Notes under the pieces: model-generated
Told to the model about the DNA's origin: nothing
Database searches by the model: none
What the model saw: the letters and a program-made list of their open reading frames with translations, nothing else
In this document: positions 46,991-58,900 of the stretch, piece after piece
Layout of the letters: every line of letters starts with the position of its first letter
Numbering within the stretch: position 1 is the stretch's first letter
Translations under genes and position numbers: made by a program
NCBI GenBank assembly: GCA_002269645.1
Contig: NIVC01003107.1
Span: forward strand, 55,045-119,044
DNA length: 64,000 nt
Source: Macrostomum lignano
Taxonomy: Eukaryota
Direction: 5' to 3'

Positions 46991-49900
46991 TTAGGCTTGG
47001 TAATTAGGATTCTTCCTTAGAATGACGAATCCCTCCAACGGCAGGCTGCTGACGGGCTCGTACTCCTCGGTGGCCAGTTCGGCACGCTCTCCGTAGGCCA
47101 GCAGCACTGGAGTGGTGTGCGTCTGGAATCCCGTGATGGTTTTGGGCCGGCCGGCCTGGCCAACTGTGTCTACAGCTTGGCCAACTCGGACAGGCACCTG
47201 GAATTGTTGTTTAAGTGTGTGTGTGTGTGTATGCGCGCGATAACCATCCGAGTATGCTCTAGATAGAAAACACATAGCGCTGGATGGGGTTTTGCCATAG
47301 ACAAATTCGGTCGAGAAAAATCCACGCTAGCGATATACTAACGTACTAGCACTCAGCCTAGGAGACAGGCCCAATCTAGCTCAGCCAATGAGAGAGCAGT
47401 AAGGAGAGAAGTCAAAGTCAGACGAAACTCAGCCTAGGAGACAGGCCCAATCTAGCTCAGCCAATGAGAGAGCAGTAAGGAGAGAAGTCAAAGTCAGACG
47501 AAACTCAGCCTAGGAGACAGGCCCAATCTAGCTCAGCCAATGAGAGAGCAGTAAGGAGAGAAGTCAAAGTCAGACGAAACTCAGCCTAGGAGACAGGCCC
47601 AATCTAGCTCAGCCAATGAGAGAGCAGTAAGGAGAGAAGTCAAAGTCAGACGAAACTCAGCCTAGGAGACAGGCCCAATCTAGCTCAGCCAATGAGAGAG
47701 CAGTAAGGGGAGAAGTCAAAGTCAGACGGACGATACTCAGCCTAGGACACAGGCCCAATCTAGCTCAGCCAATGAGAGAGCAGTAAGGGGAGAAGTCAAA
47801 GTCAGACGAAACTCAGCCTAGGAGACAGGCCCAATCTAGCTCAGCCAATGAGAGAGCAGTAAGGAGAGAAGTCAAAGTCAGACGAAACTCAGCCTAGGAG
47901 ACAGGCCCAATCTAGCTCAGCCAATGAGAGAGCAGTAAGGAGAGAAGTCAAAGTCAGACGAAACTAAGCCTAGGAGACAGGCCCAATTTAGCTCAGACAA
48001 TGAGAGAGCAGTAAGGAGAGAAGTCAAAGTCAGACGGACTATACTCAGCCTAGGGGACAGGCCCAGTCTAGCTCAGCCAATGAGAGAGCAGTAAGGAGAG
48101 AAGTCAAAGTCAGGCCCAAGCGGGCATGCAAGAGGAAAGCCAAAACTGTTTTTCGGCCTGGCTGGGGCTGTGGTGCCACCTCTTTTCGCTCTTGCTCGCT
48201 ATGCACGCGCACTGGATTTGGGTGCAGCTTCAAACAGGGTGAAGATGCTAATCTATATAATAGGACTGCTTGTAGAAAGCCAGAGGCGATTGTTGCAGGT
48301 TAAAAACTTTAAATAGCCAGCAAAAATTTAACAGATTTTTTTACTTTAACTATAATAAAGGAAAAACGCTAATTTCACTACTGAAAAAAGTAGATTGGCG
48401 CATTTTTTGAGAGACACCTAGTTATTTTAATATCTTTGTACATGCATTCAATAGCAAACTAAACAAGAAGTATTAAAATTACCTGCATAGGCTGCAACTC
48501 GGCATCAAAAGTCATCAGCAGGCGGGGCTGAATAGCCGGAGTCAGATAGAACAACAGGCAGTCCCAGCCGCTAGCCAGCAGAAGCCGGCGCATGTCCAGC
48601 CCGGCAACCAGCACGGCCAATAGGCCAGCCAGAGCGCCAGGATTATTGAGAAACTTGTCCGAATGGGAGGGCGTCAGCGTTAGCGTGCCCTTGCCCAGAT
48701 GGGTCAGGCCCTGGGCTAGGCGGACAGCAAACAGGGCTAGAGGATCTTTAGCGTGATAGCCGGCCAGCTGACGAAGCATAGCAGCCAGGCGGGCATTGTT
48801 AGTGCCGGCGCCGCACAGGCCCATGGCCAGGATGGAGGACAGGGCCACTTCCAGGTCGGAGTCGTGCGAGAACTTGCTGAGCAGGTCCAGCACCTGGCGG
48901 GTTTGGCAATGGGTTTCAGTTTAAATGGTTTCAGTTTAAAACTACTCAACTAGATTAAAATGTTAGTTGACTGGCACAGCAACTGAGGATGTGGGAGGCA
49001 GGCCTAGTAACTAACACTCTGCGAGGCTGGCCCACTAACTAAGGATCTGAGAAGCTGGCCCAGCAACTGAGGATCTGGGAGGCTGGCCCAGCAACTGAGG
49101 ATCTGGGACCAGAACCATGTTAGACCCAGCCGACAAGAGTCTCACCTTAAGCTCCGGATTAGAGGTATAAACCAGGCCAAGCGCAAGCGGCACAGCCCGT
49201 TTAATATTGGCCTCGCCGAATCGCAGCAGATTTCCAAAAATTCGGAAAGCCATATCTTTGCCAACATCTTCGCCCATAGCAACCAGGGCGACGCCCAGAA
49301 CGGCGGCGCCTTGAGCATAGGCTGTTGTGGCCTCTTCGGATGACTTTTTATCGGCAGCTGCGGCGGACGGAGAGCCGCTGTTGTTCTCCAGAGGCCTGCC
49401 GCTACTGGCTGTAGAAGTAGACCGACTGCCGCCGCCACCGCTGCTACTGCCGGCATCGCCAGCTCCAATTTCTTCTTGAGCCTTCTCGCTGAGCAGATGA
49501 AGCATGCTTTGCACTTTGAGCACATTGCCTGTACAGGCGTAGGCGCAGGCTTCGCACAGGACTCTAGCTAGGGAACGGACTGGCTCTTCTACGGCTGCCA
49601 GGCCGGCTAGAACCGGCTCGGCCGCTTCCTGCCTGCCTAAGCAGCACAGCGCCAAGCCGAGAGCGTGTAGCCTAGCCAGCGGCTTCACCCGGTCGCCAGG
49701 CGGAGCCTCCAACAGGCTCTGCAGAATGCTCGACGTCACATCCGAGTGCAGAGTGCCGGCAGCGATCACGCCGCAGGACAGGGCGGCCAGGGCGGCCTGC
49801 TCAGGCTTGCCCTGCTCAGTGATGAGCGGCTGCAGCTTAGCAATGGCCGATTCGCCGCCACTGCCTCGGCCAGCATAAGCCACTCCCAGGCCGATTAGCG

Positions 49901-52900
49901 CGGCTTTGTTCAGACAGGAGGTCTTATTCTCAACGTAGTCGGCTAGCAGGGCCAGAGCCGGCTCGCATTCGTTGCGCACGCCAGAGTTAACAACGCCACA
50001 GGCTAGCAGAGCGCCGGCTTTGATGTTGTCGTCCTGGCAGTAGGGTTTTAGGTTGCCATGGTTGAGAGTTGGGTGATAGCCTATTAAGGTGCTAAGTGAA
50101 TCAGGGACTCAATAACTAATGAAAATGCTTGCTAAGGTATAGATGGTTGCTATGGGATGGACGGTTGTTATATGGGATAGATGGTTGCTATGGGATAGAT
50201 GGTTGCTATGGGATAGATAGTTGCTATGACGTCGTTGTTATAGGATAAATGGTTTCTATGGCATAGTTGCTATAGGATTAAATGGTTGCTATGGGATAGT
50301 TGCTGAGATAGATGGTTGCTATGGGATAGATGGTTGCTATGGGATAGATAGTTGCTATGACGTCGTTGTTATAGGATAAATGGTTTCTATGGCATAGTTG
50401 CTATAGGATTAAATGGTTGCTATGGGATAGTTGCTGAGATAGATGGTTGCTATGGGATAGATTGTTGTTATGGCATACATGGTTGATATGGGATAGAGGG
50501 TTGCTATGGCATAGTTGCTATAGGATAAATGGTTGCTATGGGATAGTTGCTATGAGATAGATGGTTGCTATGGGATAAATAGATGCTATTGCATAGGAAA
50601 TGGTTGATATTGGATAGGAGTCACTCACCTGCAAATACAGGTACTTGTCAATCTGTACCAGACCGCCGTCCACATCCCACAGTAGCAGCCAGCCAAGAGT
50701 AGCCACGGATGACATCATGCCGGCATCCTTATTCCTATAGATCCACTTCATTTTGTTATCGTCTTCCATCAGCAGTTTGTCCCGGCCAAAGCCGCAGTTA
50801 ACTAGGCCATTAACGTAGGATGAGGCGAGATTCTGCCTAGCCGAATCCACCGTGCCAGTGCTCATGCGAGTGGGCTCCAGGTGCGACTTGTAGATATCCT
50901 CCGGCAGCTGGTTATCGAATTTTTTACGGCAGAATTAAATAATAGTGTTTGATGAATTCCATCAATTAAGTGGATCGATCAGTTACGCGATTCACACCCA
51001 AGTGTATGAATGTGCTCAGAACAGGAGTCAATGTCCCCGAAGACGTTGCGCGCCAGGGTGCCCACAATCCTACCAGTACTTGTGCGAGCATTTATTTTTA
51101 CGTAATTTTACCTAGCTATACATCTCTTTCTTCTCTTCTGCCCCTGTAGCCTAGTGGTCGGGGGTTCGATCCCCGATCCCACTGGAACAATTTGTGTCCT
51201 TGTGCAAGACACTTAACTCTGCATTGCTTCAGTTCACCCAGCTGTGAAATGGGTGCCAGCATTGGCTGGGGTAATTGAGGCTGTGTGTGGCGACCCCCCA
51301 GCCGTACGGCAGCCTTCAGATGCGCCGCGCAATAGCTGCGGCTGAGCTGTCGGTTGCACATCTGGCCCAATTGGGGCAGGTGTAATCAATTATTATTATG
51401 ATTCTGGAGTCAGAGGATTGGGCAGAATTGCCATGCACGCCATCCCCATACCTTAGGCTCCATAATATCGAGCTCCCGGCCCAATGCGTGGAAATGCTCA
51501 TTCAGCCTGGCATTGGCCATCAGCTCGCTGAGCAGTTCCGCATCATCGTAGGCGTCTTCGTCCCAGTCAACGGCGAACTGCTGCCTGCCCAGCAGACAGG
51601 CGAGCTGCTTGCGCACTGTAGGATCGGGCGTCTCAGCGAACTGTTTGGAAACCAGCTCGGGACTGTTCAACTTCAAAGCGCACCGCATTGCGTTGCCTTG
51701 GTCGCCGAATTTCAGGTAGATTCGCCTGGCCGTGTCGAGCACAGCTGTCCAGTCCTCGTCTGGCAGGTAGGGCACGCAGCTGGTCAGGTAGAGGCACACT
51801 CGCTGGTAATTGGCCTTTGGGAGGGAGAAGAGGGGGGTTATACGATCCTGATGAAGGCTAGGCTAAGAAGCGCCTCAGAGTCACTTCGTCTTTGCAGGTA
51901 ACACAGGTAAAATAGGCAAGGTCTCTACTAGACGACTCTAAAATGACGAGATGTCACGGTACAAGTCGTCAAATAGTCGCTGTGTCTGGGGCCATATTGA
52001 TTTTACTCTGCAGATTAATTAAAACCAGATTAATGCTACTATACTACACTAGACTGGTTGCTATTGGAAACCAGATTAATGCGTTGCTATACTACACTAG
52101 ACTGGTTGCTATTGGAAACCAGATTAATGCGTTAGCGTTACTATACTACACTAGACTGGTTGCTATTGGAAACCAGATTAATGCTACTATACTACACTAG
52201 ACTGGTTGCTATTGGAAACCAGATTAATGCGTTAGCGTTACTATACTACACTAAACTGGTTGCTATTGGAAACCAGATTAATGCGTTACTATACTACACT
52301 AGACTGGTTGCTATTGGAAACCAGATTAATGCTACTATACTACACTAGACTGGTTGCTATTGGAAACCAGATTAATGCGTTACTATACTACACTAGACTG
52401 GTTGTTATTTGAAACCAGATTAATGCGTTACTATACTACACTAGACTGGTTGCTATTGGAAACCAGATTAATGCGTTACTATACTACACTAGACTGGTTG
52501 CTATTGGAAACCAGATTAATGCGTTACTATACTACACTAGACTGGTTGCTATTGGAAACCAGATTAATGCGTTACTATACTACACTAGACTGGTTGCTAT
52601 TGGAAACCAGATTAATGCTACTATACTACACTAGACTGGTTGCTATTGGAAACCAGATTAATGCTACTATACTACACTAGACTGGTTGCTATTGGAAACC
52701 AGATTAATGCTACTATACTACACTAGACTGGTTGCTATTGGAAACCAGATTAATGCTACTATACTACACTAGACTGGTTGCTGTTGGAAACCAGATTAAT
52801 GCTACTATACTACACTAGACTGGTTGCTGTTGGAAACCAGATTAATGCTACTATACTACACTAGACTGGTTGCTATTGGAAACCAGATTAATGCGTTACT

Positions 52901-55900
52901 ATACTTACACTAGACTGGTTGCTATTTGAAACCAGATTAATGCGTTGCTATACTACACTAGACTGGTTGCTATTGGAAACCAGATTAATGCGTTACTATA
53001 CTACACTAGACTGGTTGCTATTGGAAACCAGATTAATGCGTTACTATACTTACACTAGACTGGTTGCTATTGGAAACCAGATTAATGCTACTATACTACA
53101 CTAGACTGGTTGCTATTGGAAACCAGATTAATGCTACTATACTACACTAGACTGGTTGCTATTTGAAACCAGATTAATGCTACTATACTTACACTAGACT
53201 GGTTGCTGTTGGAAACCAGATTAATGCGTTACTATACTTACACTAGACTGGTTGCTATTGGAAACCAGATTAATGCTACTATACTACACTAGACTGGTTG
53301 CTATTTGAAACCAGATTAATGCTACTATACTTACACTAGACTGGTTGCTGTTGGAAACCAGATTAATGCTACTATACTACACTAGACTGGTTGCTATTGG
53401 AAACCAGATTAATGCGTTACTATACTTACACTAGACTGGTTGCTATTTGAAACCAGATTAATGCGTTGCTATACTACACTAGACTGGTTGCTATTGGAAA
53501 CCAGATTAATGCGTTACTATACTACACTAGACTGGTTGCTATTGGAAACCAGATTAATGCGTTACTATACTTACACTAGACTGGTTGCTATTTGAAACCA
53601 GATTAATGCGTTGCTATACTACACTAGACTGGTTGCTATTGGAAACCAGATTAATGCGTTACTATACTTACACTAGACTGGTTGCTATTTGAAACCAGAT
53701 TAATGCGTTGCTATACTACACTAGACTGGTTGCTATTTGAAACCAGATTAATGCTACTATACTACACTAGACTGGTTGCTATTTGAAACCAGATTAATGC
53801 TACTATACTACACTAGACTGGTTGCTATTTGAAACCAGATTAATGCTACTATACTACACTAGACTGGTTGCTATTGGAAACCAGATTAATGCGTTACTAT
53901 ACTTACACTAAACTGGTTGCTATTTGAAACCAGATTAATGCGTTGCTATACTACACTAGACTGGTTGCTATTTGAAACCAGATTAATGCTACTATACTAC
54001 ACTAGACTGGTTGCTATTTGAAACCAGATTAATGCTACTATACTACACTAGACTGGTTGCTATTGGAAACCAGATTAATGCTACTATACTACACTAGACT
54101 GGTTGCTATTTGAAACCAGATTAATGCTACTATACTACACTAGACTGGTTGCAACTTGCTATTGGAAACCAAACTTAATCTGAGCAAACAATAAACTAAA
54201 GCAGCCCTACAAAAACACAGAGCACCGCAGTTTATCTCACCTGGCCAGTATGCTTCTCAAGCATAGCCAATTGGCCAGTTTCAACGCACAAATCGATGGC
54301 CTCAGACTCGGCATTGTGGCTCATATGATAAGGTATGATAAGCTCGCACAGTGACAACAGTTGGTCGCGAGTAATCCGAACTCCGCCGGCAGCTGGCCCG
54401 TCCTCCTCCATGGGTTCTTCGCCGTCCTCGTCGCCGCTTTCGTCATTGTCTTCGTCGTTGTCGTCCTTGTCTTTCTTGCTGTCAGCACCGGACTGTTGTC
54501 GCTGCTGGCGACGCTCCAGGCGACGCTGTCGAAGCATCTGCTGTTGTTCAGCCTCGGCCATGGCCTCCCATTCCAGCACGCACTGGCCAGTGAGATGCCG
54601 GACGTACTCGTGGCCCCAGGCGCCGATATCTTCGCCGCTGCCTAAGAATCGATAGCGCAGCGAATCGGTGCGGAACTCCGGCTTATCCACGGCGGTCATG
54701 GCCAGCACGGAGACAATGTCGGCGCACAGTCGCTTAGTAGGGCCGTCGGGAATTTTTACGTACACTTCGTTGCGCAACGATTCGTAATGCGGCCGAAGAA
54801 ATTTCAACGGTTTAGGAGCCGAAATCATTGAAGTTGTTGATGAGCGGATTAAATTCCGCAGACTCTCCAGAGCTGGCTTGTACAGGTTGGAGTCCGACTC
54901 CTGTTGGGCAATTGATTTTAATTGATTTATTGGGATTTCAAGTAAGGGGAACTTCCCACCTTCATAACGTCTGGTTCGAGTCTGTTCGCGGCGAAATTCA
55001 TTTAGCCGCGAGTTGTAGTGCGAATCACACACATGGTGGCCAACCCCCAAGGCACACAGAGTGTATATGACTGACGATTAGAAAGCCAGGGACACTAAAT
55101 GCACACCCTGTGTGAGCGTGTGTATGAGTGCTTAGAACTGCCTTACTGCTGCTTGAGAGACAAAAGTTAATTCAGCCATCTCACCTGAAGCCGCTCAACC
55201 AGCATGTTGAGCTCGTCTTTTAGCTGGGCATCTTCTTCGGACTAAAAGACAAAAGGAATTAATTTAATGTAGACTTTATGTATTAAATATAACAAAAAAG
55301 CAATTTGGTTAACTAATAAAAAGTCTCCCATAGCTTTGATTTACTATTTATTTAGATTAGAAGTACTGACCTAGAAAATTTATTTATTAAATAATGGGAA
55401 ACTATTAAGGAAACCAAATTTGTACAATTTGCTAATTTATACATTTAATTATCTGAACTAGAGTATGCTATTGCTATTGTAGAAGCTTTGATAAAAAGAA
55501 AATTTCAGGCCTTCTTTAAGTTATTTACTAGGAAAGGTTTTGAAAAAGATATAAACTTGTTCCTGCATATAATATAGCTTTCTAGATATGGCTTTCTAAA
55601 CAGTTAAAAAGTTAACATATATGACAGGTGTCCAGAAAATAGTGTTACTTTTATTTGTTGCAAACATTTGGTAAGTTGCATTAAAATAAATATTTAGTGT
55701 CATTCGAAAGTTTCAAGTCTTCTCTTTATTGCTAAATGACTTAAATTGCCATTGATTTGGATTTATATTTCAAGAGTTAAGTGCACTTATGTGCAACATC
55801 AAAATTATTTCAATGTAACTTACTAAACATTGCAACAGGTAAAAATAACACTACTTTCCAGACACTCCTTGTACATATAGCTTTATCTAATTTAAAAAAT

Positions 55901-58900
55901 GAATTGCTAATAATTTTTTGTATACTTTTTCGAAAAAAATTTAAAACATACTTTTTAAAACATGCATATTATATTAATGTGTGTTATATGTGTGTAAAAG
56001 CATTCAAAATAGCAAAATAAAAGCAAAGTAACAATACAAAATGCGTAGAAAGAAAACAAAAAGCAAGATTATGGCTAGACTACTACAAGGCCTTAGACTA
56101 AATCATATTTTTGTTAAAACTTAAGATTTATATACCTAGCATTTTTTTGTTCTATAATCTCAATTTTGTTTGTTTTGTCAATCTCCATTGAAAATAAATG
56201 ACATAGGTAATATAGTTCATCAAAAGATATCATAATTACATTTTTGATTATGTTTTCTTTCTGTGTTTCTACAAGGTAACAAGTTAAAATTTTAACAAAA
56301 AATTTACAAATTTTGTTTTTTGTATTTTATATATATAAAACATTATAAAATCTAATTGATTTTTTAGTTTTAAATTATATTTAATTGAAATTAAATTTCA
56401 AAATTGCTAGTCTAGTAATAACATTTCAAAATTGATGATTGGAAGCTTTGCATAAAGTAATGTATTTGGTGTTTAGGAGTTCGCTTACATGTACGAGTGT
56501 ACTTTTCATTCACCTACGCGTAACTTTCATAGCAGAGATTTTGATACGTACGTTTCAGCCCCAGCCCCCATTTATAATGTTCAGCAGCACCCACCCCATT
56601 TATTTAAAATTATTGCAATATATAGTTATCAGCCTCTCCAGAGAGAGTGCGCACGCTGGTTGTTTTGTTCGGTTGGCTAGTAGCCGAAAAATAGTCGCTT
56701 ACTGCGAAGACTCAATTTATTGAATGAACCATCAAAACATTTGGCATTTATTGGCATATACCAAAAAAATTGGTCATTTTTTCTGGAGTATATACAAAGT
56801 GTTTCAAACTATGATTTTTATATGAACATATGTATACTGTCTCAATTATGTCCTACGATTACCTATATATGATTTGGGTGCTAACCAATTTAGTAAAAAA
56901 ACAAATTCTATGACTGAGATTTACCATGGACAAATTTGGCAAAAGCAATTTTGGCAACAATATAGTCAAATTTGACAACAAAATATTTCTATATAATCTT
57001 ATTAATTTTGGTACAATTGTATATATATTACATATAAATTTTTCAATTGAGTTTGTTTCATCCATGATTTAGGCCTCCCTATCCTAAACTTTAATTTAAA
57101 TATGCTTTCTAAGAACTGTTTATTCATTCTCAAAGATATATGATACCTCTGATATAATTTTTTATTAAAAGTCATGTAAGAGTTAAATGGCTGGAGTCTT
57201 GAGGTACTTTTTTGTTATAGAAATCTAAATTTACATGTATAGCAATACTATCAATGATAGTACTTTTGTTCAAATGTACACTTTTATAGTATGGTTAGCT
57301 GATGATATACACCTTGTATTCAAGCTGAAGTTATATACTGTTACTATTAACAAAGGAGATATAGGCCACACTCAAGATCATGTCATGTACACTAGAAATT
57401 TCTGGCGCACATTTGGGATAGCTGGCGTACACTTGGCGCACAAAAGTTTTGAAACAGTCTTCTGGCATACACCTTGGCATATGTACAATTGGCACACCCT
57501 GCTTGGCGCACATGTATGGCATACACTGGAGGAGGCTGTGCCACAGCCACTGCGAAAGACAAAATCAAAGAATGTATGGTAAGCCAGTCTACCACTGGGG
57601 AAGATGACGGCAGATCTTTAGTGCAGACCAGGCAGACTATTGTTTTGCAAATGACTGGCGGTTGACATCATTTATTTCCAATATATATTCCCTTGTCTGT
57701 TTCCCCATTTATCCTATCCTTTGCTTCCCTGTTTGCTCTTTCTGCTGTTCCTTCTCTTGCTTTCAGTTGTTTTACTGCTTCCACTGGCCAGGTTCTCCCT
57801 TTTTTCTTTGGGTGCCCCCTCCCTTGTCCTATTCATTGTCCCACCCACTGGGTCTATTTGTGCCCACTACTATTTAAATGTTGCTTGAAATCAATTTTTG
57901 CTAACCCTGTTTGACTTGTTTTCATCTGTTTCTAACTCTGTTTCAACTTTATTTTGATCTAGCTCATTGCTCATTGCTCATTGCATTAGCCAAATAATAA
58001 TAATCATTTAGAATTGCATTGTAGTTAATATCTATCCAACTTGCTAGTAACCTAATAACCATGAAACTAATAATAATACATAACGACAATTAATTATTCA
58101 TTTGTTCCTAATCAAAGCTTTTAGTCTCTATTGAGTTATTTGCCCGCAGGCATAAAACAACTAATTAGTCTGAACTCAAAGAAAGCTCTGAGATCCTTAA
58201 CGTTCCGTAATACAAAATTACAGTGGTGGCAGCGCTACTTTACTACTGACAGTAACAAACCAAGCATACTGACAAACTATGAATTTTTCAGTGTCTAAGG
58301 AACCATTTGAATAACCATGCCACTGAAAGACTGCTCAACCCCAAATCACGACTACCCTCCCCCAGAATTAAGGACCCAGCAGACGGAGTATTAAGGAGAA
58401 GTTAAACATATCTATTTGTGAAATTTTTCTAGCTTTACAAATGCCAAGACAATGCAGGCGGCAACTCAAATGTGAAATCTACCCTACCTCTGTGGTGTCA
58501 GCAACTAATTTCAAACTACCAATTTCCAAGAAAACTTTCTCCACCACACCTCAAATGTAAAGTATGTGAAACGTGAAATTTTGCACAAAGTTTAACAATG
58601 ATTTTGCAAATATATTGTTATGACAATTGACAACTATTGCTTCATTTAAAATATTCTCTGAATCGTGTTTTATTTCTCCTTTTTATTCTTTATTTTTACA
58701 ATTAAAAACAAAAATCTTCAAATCTTCAATTTATAATCTTTAGGCTCATTCCAGATAAGATGGACATATTTGGAAAATAGAAAAAGTCAATATTTTTGCT
58801 GACCATTGCCTTATCAGCCAATTTTTTGCCAAATGTTGTAAGTGTGTAATATATACAATCTAAGAATATATTAATGGTAAAATGTTGGATTAGTATATTA

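Noticed and set aside
57235-57914. Several 60-115-aa ORFs in PSMD2 intron 1
   Set aside because: Short, overlapping, with no motifs or splice support
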